Below, piece by piece: positions 7,380 through 16,386 of a stretch of DNA of 64,000 nucleotides. Position numbers and translations under genes: made by a program. Source of the DNA: an uncultured Spirochaetota bacterium (GTDB lineage Bacteria; Spirochaetota; Spirochaetia; Treponematales; UBA12059); contig CALMRC010000051.1 in the NCBI GenBank assembly GCA_937873275.1, forward strand, positions 1,057 to 65,056. Reading direction: 5' to 3'. Below the pieces are notes generated by a model, which was not told where the DNA came from, made no database searches, and saw nothing but the letters and a program-made list of their open reading frames with translations. Numbering within the stretch: position 1 is the first letter of the stretch; every line of letters starts with the position of its first letter.

Positions 7380-9125
7380 ATGTCGGGCGCCGGGGGGCGG
7401 TCGGAACTCCGGGGCGGGTATTTCGCCCACATCTTCCGCCTCTTCCTGGCCGCGGCCGTGGCCCCCGCCCTGGCGGTCTCCCTGGTCTATTCCTCGGCCG
7501 CCGGCACCGCCCTCCGGCGGGAAGCGGAATCACGGGCCCGGTCCGACGCGGCCTCCTTCGCGGCGGCGGTTGGGGAGATCGCGGACCGGGCCGCGGAAAG
7601 CCTGGCCCTCCTGGCCGGGGATCCCGACATCCAGTCCCTCCTGGCGGACTCCTCCGCGGATCCTTCCCGGGCCGCCCGGGCGGCCCGGCGCATCCAGACC
7701 CTCTTTTCCCGGGACAACCGGGAGGCGGAGGGTTCCGTCCTCGGGCGACCGGGATCCCCGGCCCGGATACTCGGCGGGGTCGCCGAGGACCGGGACCTGG
7801 AGGTGTACGGATCCTGGGGCCTCTTCCGCCTGCTCCGGGACCGGCCCGGGGACCTGGCCGTCCAGGGCCGTCGGGGTCAGGCCGAGGACGGCCAGGCGAC
7901 GGTCCTCTCCCTGGCCCGGACGGTGTTCTCGCCGGAGGGCTCCGTCCTGGGATACGCCGTCGCGGATATCCGCCGGGAAGCCCTGGTCCGCGCGGCGGAA
8001 CGGAGCCGGGTCCCGGCGGGGGCCGCGGTCCTGGACCCCCGGGGGAACGTCGTCTTCGACCTCGCGGACCCGGGCCGGGAAGGGTTCTTCGAGGACGAAC
8101 TGCCCGCCTGGAGCGCCGGAGGCGGCATTGCCCCGGAGGCGCCGGTGCCCGGCTCGGCCTCGGGATTCCGGGTCCGGATCGCCCTGCCCTCGGGGCTCTA
8201 CGCCGGATTCGACCGGACGGCCCGGGCCGTGGCGGTCCTGGGGCTCCTGGGTTCCGTCCTGGTGGCCGCCGCCCTGGCCTTCCCCGCCTCCCGGGCCGTG
8301 ACGGGGCCCGTGCTCCGCCTGGCCCGGTCGATGCGTAAGGTCGAGGAGGGGGATCTCTCGATCCGGGTGGAGCCCTCCGGGGACGACGAACTGGGAGACC
8401 TGGCCCGGTCCTTCAACGCGATGACCGCGGAACTGGCGGAGCTCCTTCGGAGTTCCGTGGAGCGCCAGGAGCTCCTGCGGGAGGCGGAGCTACGGGCCCT
8501 GGCCGCCCAGATGAACCCCCACTTCCTGCACAACACTCTGGCGGCCATCAAGTCCCTGGCCAAGCTGGGGCGCAACGCGGAGGCCGCGGAGGCCGCGGCC
8601 CGGCTGGGCAAAATCCTCCGGGCCGGGGCCTCCCGCCGGGAGGAGTTCACCACCGTCGGGGAGAGCCTCGACCTGGTCCGGGACTACCTGGCGGTGGAGC
8701 GCATCCGGTTCGGGGACCGGTTCCGGTTCCGGATCGAGGTGGATCCCGCCCTCGAGTCCGTGCCCATCCCTCCCCTGGTCCTGGAACCCCTGGCGGAGAA
8801 CGCCCTCACCCACGGGCTCGAACGGAAGCGGGGCCCCGGAACTCTCCGGATCGAGGGACGGCTCGAGGGAGGGGACGCGGTGATCGTCGTGGAGGACGAC
8901 GGCCCCGGAGCCGGCGCGGAGGGACGGGCCCGGCTGGACCGCATCCTCGCGGAGGGCTCCCTGCCCGATTCGGACCACGGGATGGGTCTGGCGGGCACGA
9001 ACCGCCGCCTCCGCCTAGAGTACGGCCCCGGGTACGGGGTCCGGGTGTATCCCGGACCGGACGGGACGGGAGGGTTCCGTGCCGTCGTCCGCATTCCGGC
9101 CCGGACCGGGGAGGTCCCGGCATGA
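7380..9125 (+). CDS. membrane sensor histidine kinase (YesM/LytS-type His_kinase + HAMP)
   Basis: 581 aa with an N-terminal TM and sensor region, HAMP (DELGDLARSFNAM), NPHFLHNTL block and HATPase (DDGPG...GMGL). Confidence 0.8.
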   Translation: MSGAGGRSELRGGYFAHIFRLFLAAAVAPALAVSLVYSSAAGTALRREAESRARSDAASFAAAVGEIADRAAESLALLAGDPDIQSLLADSSADPSRAARAARRIQTLFSRDNREAEGSVLGRPGSPARILGGVAEDRDLEVYGSWGLFRLLRDRPGDLAVQGRRGQAEDGQATVLSLARTVFSPEGSVLGYAVADIRREALVRAAERSRVPAGAAVLDPRGNVVFDLADPGREGFFEDELPAWSAGGGIAPEAPVPGSASGFRVRIALPSGLYAGFDRTARAVAVLGLLGSVLVAAALAFPASRAVTGPVLRLARSMRKVEEGDLSIRVEPSGDDELGDLARSFNAMTAELAELLRSSVERQELLREAELRALAAQMNPHFLHNTLAAIKSLAKLGRNAEAAEAAARLGKILRAGASRREEFTTVGESLDLVRDYLAVERIRFGDRFRFRIEVDPALESVPIPPLVLEPLAENALTHGLERKRGPGTLRIEGRLEGGDAVIVVEDDGPGAGAEGRARLDRILAEGSLPDSDHGMGLAGTNRRLRLEYGPGYGVRVYPGPDGTGGFRAVVRIPARTGEVPA

Positions 9126-9955
9126 GGCGGCTCCTCATCTCGGAGGACGAGGAGCTCTTCCGCCGGGAGCTGGAGACCACGGTCCCCTGGTCGGACTGGG
9201 GCTTCGTCCTGGTCGGGGCCGCCGAGGACGGGGCCCAGGCCTGGGACCTGCTCCGGAGCCGACGGGCCGAGGCGGTGCTCACGGACGTCCGGATGCCCCT
9301 CCTGGACGGCATCGAGCTCATGCGCAAGGCGTCGGAACTGCCCCCTCCGGAGCGGCCCCTCTTCGTGATCGTCTCGGGGTACGCGGATTTCCGCTACGCC
9401 CAGGAGGCCGTGCGGCTGGGGGCCTTCGACTACCTGCTGAAGCCCGTGGACGACGAGGCCCTGGAGGGCACCATGCGGCGGGCCGCGGCGGAGCTCGAGA
9501 GCCGGGAAACCCGGGACGGCCTCCTGCGGTCCTCCGCCTCCGACCCGGTCCTGGCCTTCTTCCGGAACTACCTGCCCGGACGGACCCGGGAACCCGGGGA
9601 CGCCCACGTGGAGGCGGCGGTGGAGGAGATCTCCGCCCGATACCTCTCGGACCTGACCGTGGATTCCGCGGCGGAGCGCCTGGGGATCTCCGGGGACCAC
9701 CTGGCCCGGATATTCAAGCGCAGGACGGGATACACCTTCAACGAGTACCTCACGCGGTTCCGCATCCAGAGGGCGGTGGAGCTGCTCCGGGATCCCTCGG
9801 TCCGGGTGGGAGAGGTGGCGGACCTCTGCGGGTACCGGGATCCCCGGTACTTCAGCTCCCTCTTCCGCCGCCTGGTCGGGATGACCCCCAGCGAGTTCCG
9901 GTCCGGACGGATCCGGAATCCGGACCTCCCGGGGCCGCCCAAGAAGCCCGAGTAG
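9122..9955 (+). CDS. response regulator with AraC-type HTH output (YesN-like)
   Basis: 277 aa with a receiver domain (DVRMPLLDG) and a C-terminal AraC HTH (YRDPRYFSSLFRRLVGMTPSEFR). It has a 4-nt overlap with the kinase gene. Confidence 0.85.
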   Translation: MRRLLISEDEELFRRELETTVPWSDWGFVLVGAAEDGAQAWDLLRSRRAEAVLTDVRMPLLDGIELMRKASELPPPERPLFVIVSGYADFRYAQEAVRLGAFDYLLKPVDDEALEGTMRRAAAELESRETRDGLLRSSASDPVLAFFRNYLPGRTREPGDAHVEAAVEEISARYLSDLTVDSAAERLGISGDHLARIFKRRTGYTFNEYLTRFRIQRAVELLRDPSVRVGEVADLCGYRDPRYFSSLFRRLVGMTPSEFRSGRIRNPDLPGPPKKPE

Positions 9956-10027
9956 GTTTCCTCCGCGTCGTGCGCGGACGCCCGACGGCGGCCGTCCTCC
10001 CGGTAGCCCCGGGATCCCGGGGCCGGA

Positions 10028-11116
10028 TCAGGGACGCGCCGCCCCCGCCAGGAGGTCCCGGAACCGCGCCAGGGTCCCGGCGCGCTCCGCAGCGGAACGC
10101 TCCACGTCGTAGGGCAGGATCCGCAGGGACGAGAGGGGCGGAAGGCCCTCCGGGGCGGGCGCGTCCGCCCGGGCCGAGCGGCGCCCGAAGCGGACGGCCA
10201 CCACGGCGGCCACGTCGGGCCCCAGGACGAAATCCACGAAGGCCCGGGCGGCCTCGGGGTGGGGGGCGCCCCGGACCAGGGCCACGCAATCCGGGATGGC
10301 GGAGGTCCCGTCCGCGGGGTACACCACCCGGACGTCCGATCCCGACCGCCCCGCGTCGGTGACCGCGGTCTCGTAGGTCAGGCCCGCCAGGTACTCCCCG
10401 GAAGCCACCCCCCGGAAGACCTGGGAGGACTCCGGCAGAACGTTTCCCTCCAGGATCCGGGCGAAGGCAGCCACCCGGGACCAGCCCGCCTCCCCTCCCC
10501 CGCCCGCCAGGAGCAGGGTCCGGAGTATGGTGTAGGCGCTTCCCGAAACCGAGGGATCCGCGTAGGCCACGCTTCCCCGGAGACGTTCCGAGCCGAGGTC
10601 CGCCCACGCCCGGGGCGCCCGCTCCGGCGGAAGGAGACGGTCGTTCACGATCATCACCATGGGCAGGACGGTGAATCCCGTCCAGGCGCCCTTCGGGTCC
10701 TTGAGCCCCTCCGGGACGGCGGCGGCCTCGGGGGATACGTAGGGTTCCAGGAGGTCCGCGACCGCCGCGAGGCTCTCGGCCCCGCCGCCCCAGAGCAGGT
10801 CCGCCCGGGGAGAGGCATCGCCGGACCGGAGCCGCCCGAGGAGCTCCCCCGTGCCCCCCGCCACGACCCGGACCCGGAGGCCCGTCCGGTCCCGGAACTC
10901 CCGGAGGATGGTCCGGACCATCTCGGCGGGGTGGGAGGAGTAGACCACCAGGTCCGCGGGCGGCTCCGGCGCGGGCTCCGTCACCCGGGAGCCGCAGGCG
11001 GACAGGGCGGCCGAGACGGCCAGGACGAACGCCGCGGCGAGGCCGGCGGCCCCGGGAAGACGACGGTCCGTGCGGGTTCCGGTGGCCGGGCCGTCCCGAA
11101 GGTGCGGAGACCTCAC
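10028..11116 (-). CDS. ABC substrate-binding lipoprotein, iron(III)/thiamine-type (PBP2) family
   Basis: Start set at GTG 11114-11116, giving a GTGA overlap with the HAD gene stop. Lipobox-like LSACGS is present. The body (VVYSSHPAEMV...LLWGGG...) resembles the Fbp/thiamine SBP family. Confidence 0.6.
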   Translation of the reverse strand: MRSPHLRDGPATGTRTDRRLPGAAGLAAAFVLAVSAALSACGSRVTEPAPEPPADLVVYSSHPAEMVRTILREFRDRTGLRVRVVAGGTGELLGRLRSGDASPRADLLWGGGAESLAAVADLLEPYVSPEAAAVPEGLKDPKGAWTGFTVLPMVMIVNDRLLPPERAPRAWADLGSERLRGSVAYADPSVSGSAYTILRTLLLAGGGGEAGWSRVAAFARILEGNVLPESSQVFRGVASGEYLAGLTYETAVTDAGRSGSDVRVVYPADGTSAIPDCVALVRGAPHPEAARAFVDFVLGPDVAAVVAVRFGRRSARADAPAPEGLPPLSSLRILPYDVERSAAERAGTLARFRDLLAGAARP

Positions 11117-11715
11117 GCCCGGACCCTTTCGACCGCCGCCGGGATTCCGGCCTCCTCCAACGCGGCGGCCAGGCCCGCGGCGTCCACGAACCGGTGGGAC
11201 CGGATGCCCAGGGACTCGGCGGCCCGCACGTTCTCCTCCATGTCGTCCGTGAAGAAGACCCGGCCGGGGTCCCGCCCCTCGGCCTCCAGGATGCGGAGCC
11301 AGAACTCCCCCCGGGGCTTGGAAACCCCCAGAAGGTGGGAGGCGTACACGGCGTCGAAGCAGTCGTAGTATCCGCGGTCCCGGAGCCAGTCGTAGTGGAC
11401 GTCGATCGTGTTGGTGCCGCACACGACCCGGCCGAATGGCCGCAGGGAACGGGCCAGGGCTTCCGAAGCAGAGTCCAGGACGGGCCGGAAGAGGGTGTCC
11501 CAGTAGTTCTCCGGGACCCGGATCCCGGATCGGGCCCGGAACCGCTCCCAGTATTCCCCGGCACCGATCCGCCCGGACATATAGTCCTCCATGTCCGGGC
11601 GGGCCAGGTCCCGCATACGGTCCTCCGGCAGGCCCAGGAGCCGGGCCGCCTCGGGAAGGATGTCGAAGTCCCGGACGAGGACGCCTCCCAGGTCGAACAC
11701 GAAGAGGTCGATCAT
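11113..11715 (-). CDS. HAD-superfamily hydrolase
   Basis: 200 aa beginning MIDLFVFDLGGVLV (DxDG-type motif I) with a later FFTDD motif. ATGA overlap with the upstream permease stop. Confidence 0.75.
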   Translation of the reverse strand: MIDLFVFDLGGVLVRDFDILPEAARLLGLPEDRMRDLARPDMEDYMSGRIGAGEYWERFRARSGIRVPENYWDTLFRPVLDSASEALARSLRPFGRVVCGTNTIDVHYDWLRDRGYYDCFDAVYASHLLGVSKPRGEFWLRILEAEGRDPGRVFFTDDMEENVRAAESLGIRSHRFVDAAGLAAALEEAGIPAAVERVRA

Positions 11716-12575
11716 TCCTTGCCCGCCGAGTAGACCGCGGATCCCCCCAGGAAGTACTTCGAGAGCCCGAAGAAGAGGGCGAAGACCGGGAGGCTGGCGA
11801 TCACCGCCACCGCCATCATGGCGCCCTCGTCGGCGTGCTTTTCCGCCGCGAATTTCACGATGTAGGCCGGGATGGTCTTCATCTCCTCCCGCTGGGCCAC
11901 CAGGAGGGGCCACAGGAGGTTGTCCCACTGCTGGCGGAAGGACAGCACCGCCAGGGTCGCCGCGGCGGGACCCGCGTTCCGGAACACGATCTCCCGGAAG
12001 ATCCGGGGTTCCGAGCACCCGTCGATCCGGGCGGCGTCCAGGATCTCCCCGGGGAAGGTGATCAGGTACTGGCGCATCAGGAAGACCCCGAAGGCGTTCA
12101 TCAGGAAGGGGACGATGAGACCCGCGTAGCTGTCCTGGAGCCCCAGCTTCACCGTGATCATGTACAGGGGGATCATGACGGTCTCGAAGGGGATCATCAT
12201 GGTGGCCATTATAAGGAGGAATACTACCTGGCTTCCCTTGAACCGGAACTTGGCCAGACCGTACCCGACCAGGGAGGAGAGGAAGACCGTGGACACGGCG
12301 ATGCTGGAGGAGACGATGAGGGAGTTGAGGATGTTCCGCAGGTACATCCAGTTCCCGTCGTTTCCCGCCAGGGCCCGAAGGTAGTTCGCGGGCTTCCAGG
12401 TCTGGGGGATCCACCGGTAGGGCATCTTCAGGATGTCCAGGGCGGGCATGAAGGAGGCCCCGGCCATGAAGACCAGGGGCACCAGGACCAGGAGACAGGC
12501 GGCGGCCAGGAAGGCCAGGGCCGCGGCGCTCCCCAGGATTTCCCCGGGGCGGAGGGCTCCGAGCCGGGATGTCAT
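11712..12575 (-). CDS. carbohydrate ABC transporter permease (CUT1, MalG-like)
   Basis: Start ATG 12573-12575 behind GGAG. It is multi-TM with an EAA-like loop (DAARIDGCSEPRIFREIV). ATGA overlap with the partner permease. Confidence 0.85.
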   Translation of the reverse strand: MTSRLGALRPGEILGSAAALAFLAAACLLVLVPLVFMAGASFMPALDILKMPYRWIPQTWKPANYLRALAGNDGNWMYLRNILNSLIVSSSIAVSTVFLSSLVGYGLAKFRFKGSQVVFLLIMATMMIPFETVMIPLYMITVKLGLQDSYAGLIVPFLMNAFGVFLMRQYLITFPGEILDAARIDGCSEPRIFREIVFRNAGPAAATLAVLSFRQQWDNLLWPLLVAQREEMKTIPAYIVKFAAEKHADEGAMMAVAVIASLPVFALFFGLSKYFLGGSAVYSAGKE

Positions 12576-13483
12576 AACTCCACCTCGTCCCGGCGGGAGA
12601 ACCGGAGCTGGACCCAGGTCAGCCCCAGCATGAACAGGAACAGGAGGGTGCTCATGACGCTGGCCCGTCCGAGGTTGAGGTCCCGCATGGCGGTGTTGTA
12701 GATGTTCAGGGTGATGACGTTCACGGGCCCCACCGGAGCCCCGGCCTGGGTGAAGAGGTACTGGGTGCTGAAGGTCTTCAGGCACTGGATGAGGATCATC
12801 ACGGATACCAGGACCGTGGTGGGCCGCAGGAGGGGCAGGGTGATCCGGAAGAACCTCTGGACCGGGCCCGCCCCGTCGATCACCGCGGCCTCGTAGACGG
12901 ACTCGGGGATCTTCCCGATCCCGGTGATGAAGAGAATCGTGAAGTACCCCACGTACTTCCAGACGTAGACGATCATGGTGGACACCTGGACCATGGTCCC
13001 GTCGGACAGCCACCGCCGGTCCACCCCGGGGGTCCCGGCGACAAGGTTCACGAACTGGTTGGCCAGGCCCCGGGGGTCCAGGAGGAGGAGCCAGATCAGG
13101 GCCGCCACCACGGAGGACAGGACGGCCGGGGAGTAGAGGGCCATCTGGAAGAGCCTGCGGAACCTCTTCCGGGAGGCGATGAAGACGGCCAGGAGGAGGC
13201 TCAGGGTGAACAGGGGCACGAAGACCCCGGTCGTGAAGACCGCGGTGGCCCGGACGGAGTTCCAGAAGTCCTCGGACCCGAGCACCCGGGCGTAGTTCTG
13301 GAATCCGATGAACTTGGGCGGACGGAGGGACAGGAGCTTCTTGTTGAAGAAGCTGGTCCAGATCGCGTTCAGGATCGGGTAGAACGAGAAGAGGCCGAAG
13401 AACACGAGGCCGGGCGCGGTGAACGCCCAGCCCCAACGGGATCGGTTGCGTTCGAGGACACCCGAGGTGGAAGCCGGTTTCAT
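12572..13483 (-). CDS. carbohydrate ABC transporter permease (CUT1, MalF-like)
   Basis: Start ATG 13481-13483. It is multi-TM with an EAA-like loop (EAAVIDGAGPVQRFFRITLP). Confidence 0.85.
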   Translation of the reverse strand: MKPASTSGVLERNRSRWGWAFTAPGLVFFGLFSFYPILNAIWTSFFNKKLLSLRPPKFIGFQNYARVLGSEDFWNSVRATAVFTTGVFVPLFTLSLLLAVFIASRKRFRRLFQMALYSPAVLSSVVAALIWLLLLDPRGLANQFVNLVAGTPGVDRRWLSDGTMVQVSTMIVYVWKYVGYFTILFITGIGKIPESVYEAAVIDGAGPVQRFFRITLPLLRPTTVLVSVMILIQCLKTFSTQYLFTQAGAPVGPVNVITLNIYNTAMRDLNLGRASVMSTLLFLFMLGLTWVQLRFSRRDEVEL

Positions 13484-13601
13484 GGGCGCTCCGTAGGGAG
13501 GGATTTCCGGGGCGCCCGGCCGGTCGCCGTGGCGCCGGACGCCCCTTCGCGGGCGGAGATCCCGGGGATCTCCGCCCGGCGTTGTCAAGGATACCCGGGG
13601 A

Positions 13602-14900
13602 TCACTCCTCGGCCAAGGCCGCGGTCACGTCCCTCCGAAGCTTCTCGAGGGCCTTGGCGGGCTCCGCTCCGGACAGCATGACGGAAGTGAAGGCTTCCTT
13701 CAAGAGCGCCTCGATCTTGGAGCTGGAGGCGCCGTAGTAGACGATGTGCCCGGCGGCCATGTCCTTGGCGAAGACGTCCGAGTAGGGCATGTTCTTGAAG
13801 GTCGCGGATTCCATCAAGGCCTTGGTGGGCTGGACGATGGCGACCTTTTCCAGGTACTCCGCCCCGTGGCTCAGCATGTAGGAGACCAGGGCCCAGGCGG
13901 CCTGCTGGCTCAGCTTGGGCTTCTGGGCGTTCACCATGTAGTAGTGGCCGTAGTAGTTGTTCGGCACCTTCTTGACGGCGTCCTTCCACTGGGGGAAGGG
14001 GATGACCATCCAGTCGGAGCTGTTGAAGAAGGCGGGATTGGCGCCCCGCATGCGGGCTTCCTGGTACAGCCCCGACAGGGACATGGCGATCTCGTTCTTG
14101 TCATTGTCGAAGAGGCGACGGGCGTCCGTATAGGTCGGGGATCCCAGGTTCTTCCCGTTCGGGCCGAAGTCCCGGAAATACGTCAGAACCTTGAGCCAGG
14201 CCGCGTCCCCCACGATCGCCTTCTTGCCGTCCTTGGAGATGAGCTCCCCGCCCAGCTGCTCCACCATGGGGAGCACCGAGGTCAGGTAGTATCCGTAGCG
14301 GAAGTCGAAACCCCGGCGGGTTATGATCTGGCCGTCCCGCTTCACGATCTTCTCGGAGACCGCGACCACGTCCTCCCAGGTCTTCGGCCAGTCCTTGTCC
14401 GGGTCGAGGCCGGCGTCCCGGAAGATCTTCTTGTTGAGGTAGATGCACCAGTTGGTCAGCTCGAGGGGCAGGCCGTAGACCTTGCCGCCCTCGGTCACGG
14501 GGTCGAGCATGCCGGGCAGGTACTTGCCCTGGAGGTCCCGGGCGCTCTTGAAGCCCGCGGCCTTGAGGTCCACCGGCGCCACCCGGCCGTTCACGATGAA
14601 CTGGTACTCGTCGAAGATCTCCAGGTTGAAGATGTCCGGGCCCTGGTTCGCGGAGAATCCGGCCACCACGATGTCCTTGATCTTCGAGGAGGGATAGGTG
14701 ACGTAGTTGACCTTTACCCCGGGATTCGCGGCGGAGAATTCGGAGATCAGCCGCTTCTCCAGGGCTGTGCGGGCGGGGTCCTCGTGGGTCCAGATCGTCA
14801 GTTCCACGGACTTGCCCTTGAGCTCCGAAACCACGGGAGCCTGGGCCAGGACGGGCAGGGCCAGGGCGATCGCCAGGATCGCGGCCAGGATTCGTTTCAT
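13602..14900 (-). CDS. extracellular sugar-binding protein (CUT1 SBP)
   Basis: Start ATG 14898-14900 behind GGAGG, with signal peptide MKRILAAILAIALALPVLAQA. The 879-aa ORF in the track is a read-through artefact upstream of this ATG. Confidence 0.85.
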   Translation of the reverse strand: MKRILAAILAIALALPVLAQAPVVSELKGKSVELTIWTHEDPARTALEKRLISEFSAANPGVKVNYVTYPSSKIKDIVVAGFSANQGPDIFNLEIFDEYQFIVNGRVAPVDLKAAGFKSARDLQGKYLPGMLDPVTEGGKVYGLPLELTNWCIYLNKKIFRDAGLDPDKDWPKTWEDVVAVSEKIVKRDGQIITRRGFDFRYGYYLTSVLPMVEQLGGELISKDGKKAIVGDAAWLKVLTYFRDFGPNGKNLGSPTYTDARRLFDNDKNEIAMSLSGLYQEARMRGANPAFFNSSDWMVIPFPQWKDAVKKVPNNYYGHYYMVNAQKPKLSQQAAWALVSYMLSHGAEYLEKVAIVQPTKALMESATFKNMPYSDVFAKDMAAGHIVYYGASSSKIEALLKEAFTSVMLSGAEPAKALEKLRRDVTAALAEE

Positions 14901-15072
14901 ACGTGCCTCCTTGGGAAATTTCGGGACGGCCGCCCGGATCGCTCCCGGAATCCGGGCGGATCCGAGGCCTGCGATGCCGTCCCTTATTCCAGGGTGCGGC
15001 CGTTTCGGGGATCCCGCAATGCGGCGATTCCGGCATTTCGTGGAGAAAATCGGGGACGCCGGCGCAGTGGAT

Positions 15073-15084
15073 TCAATATATTGA
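15073..15084. promoter_or_regulatory. perfect 12-bp AT palindrome TCAATATATTGA in sugar-SBP / nitroreductase divergent region
   Basis: It is the only AT-only dodecamer in this GC-rich intergenic region and is a candidate operator. Confidence 0.3.
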
Positions 15085-15122
15085 TACATATACGACTTCC
15101 GTACCGAGGAGGAAGGCTCGCC

Positions 15123-15686
15123 ATGACCCTGATGAAGGAAATCGAGGATCGCCGGGCGTACCGGGGACTGGCCCCGGACCCCCTGCCGGAGGACCAGGTT
15201 CAACGTCTCCTCTCGGCGGCGCACTTGGCGCCGTCCTGCTTCAACAAGCAGAGCTGGAGATTCGTGGCGGTCACCGGGGACGCCCTGGCCGGGCTCCGGG
15301 AGACCCTTCCGGAGGGCAACAAGTGGGCCACCCGGGCCCCCTTGATCGTCGTCGCGGTCCAGAAACCCTCCCTGGACTGCCGCCTGGACGAGGGCCGGGA
15401 CTACGCCCCCTTCGACCTGGGCCTGGCGGTCATGAGCCTGGTCCTCCAGGCGACCCACGAGGGCCTGGTGGCCCATCCCATCGCCGGGTACTCCCCGGGC
15501 AAGGTCCGGAAGGTTCTGGGCATCCCGGAGGACTACGTGGTGCAGACCCTGGTCATCGTGGGGCAACGGGGCCCCGATGACCTTCTGACGGACTGGCAGA
15601 AGGAGCGGGAGACCGGGCCCCGGCAGAGGGAACCCCTGGAGAAGGTGGCCTTCCGGAACCGCTGGCCGGATCCGACTTCCGGATAG
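15123..15686 (+). CDS. nitroreductase-family protein
   Basis: 187 aa with a GGAGGA RBS. It contains the nitroreductase pattern RRAYRG...PSCFNKQSWRFV. Confidence 0.8.
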   Translation: MTLMKEIEDRRAYRGLAPDPLPEDQVQRLLSAAHLAPSCFNKQSWRFVAVTGDALAGLRETLPEGNKWATRAPLIVVAVQKPSLDCRLDEGRDYAPFDLGLAVMSLVLQATHEGLVAHPIAGYSPGKVRKVLGIPEDYVVQTLVIVGQRGPDDLLTDWQKERETGPRQREPLEKVAFRNRWPDPTSG

Positions 15687-15730
15687 GTCCGACCCGGAAA
15701 CCGCCCGTTGCGGATACCCCGAGGCGGTGG

Positions 15731-15736
15731 TATCCT
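15731..15736 (+). promoter_or_regulatory. -10-like TATCCT 7 nt before udk ATG (leaderless geometry)
   Basis: GGTATCCTGCCCAACATG with no SD. Confidence 0.35.
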
Positions 15737-15743
15737 GCCCAAC

Positions 15744-16364
15744 ATGGCTACGGCGATGATCATCGGGATCTGCGGGGGGTCCGGGTCGGGCAAGACGACC
15801 ATCGTGCGGAAGATCTCCGAGGTCGTGTCGGACTTCGTCTTCCTCCCCCAGGACAATTACTACAAGTCCGCGGAGTACATCTCCAATTCCAACATCACGG
15901 CCTTCAACTTCGACCACCCCGAGGCCTTCGACACCGAACTCCTGTCCGCCCACCTCCAGGAGCTCAAGGCCATGCGGCCGATCGAGATGCCGACCTACGA
16001 CTTCGTGCACCACCGCCGGGCGGAAGCCACGATCCGGGTGACGCCCCGGAGGCTGGTTATCTTCGAGGGGATCATGGTTTTCACCGATAAGAGAATACGG
16101 GACCTGATCGACCTCAAGATCTTCGTGGACACCCCGGACGACATACGGTTCATCCGGCGGCTCGGCCGGGACATCAAGGAGCGGGGACGCACCGTGGATT
16201 CCGTCATCGAACAGTACCTGAACGTCGTGCGGCCGGGGCATTTCGAGTTCATCGAGCCCACGAAGCGGTACGCGGACATCATCATCCCCGAGGGGGGCGC
16301 CAACGAGAACGCCCTGACGGTCCTCTTGTCCTTCATCCGGAACATCATCGACCCTCGGCCGTGA
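15744..16364 (+). CDS. udk: uridine kinase
   Basis: Begins [19 protein letters not shown] (P-loop) and is Udk-like throughout (DNYYK...FDHPEAFD). Confidence 0.85.
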   Translation: MATAMIIGICGGSGSGKTTIVRKISEVVSDFVFLPQDNYYKSAEYISNSNITAFNFDHPEAFDTELLSAHLQELKAMRPIEMPTYDFVHHRRAEATIRVTPRRLVIFEGIMVFTDKRIRDLIDLKIFVDTPDDIRFIRRLGRDIKERGRTVDSVIEQYLNVVRPGHFEFIEPTKRYADIIIPEGGANENALTVLLSFIRNIIDPRP

Positions 16365-16386
16365 GGGCCGCGTTCAAGGAGACCTA

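Noticed and set aside
5690-7432. 580-aa minus-strand ORF overlapping carbamate kinase and ispH. Many similar long ORFs occur, for example 8684-9700, 9852-11564, 20552-22927, 33867-36554, 34376-36538, 51268-53850, 53575-55707 and 60624-62540.
   Set aside because: Their products are Arg/Gly/Pro-rich and low in complexity, as expected when a very GC-rich coding region is read in the wrong frame or strand. Each overlaps a gene with clear family motifs. They are treated as compositional artefacts.
13105-13125. CACCACGGAGGACA, a 14-nt match to the CACGGAG element end, inside the MalF-like permease gene.
   Set aside because: It is a single copy with no tandem 9-mers or AT-rich neighbour. It sits in a well-behaved coding frame (…AALIWLLLL… region). 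Judged coincidental.
13602-16241. 879-aa ORF that appears to fuse the sugar-binding protein to upstream sequence.
   Set aside because: Only the C-terminal 432 aa, from MKRILAAILA with a signal peptide and GGAGG RBS, look like a real protein. The upstream part is antisense to the nitroreductase and udk genes and has junk composition.
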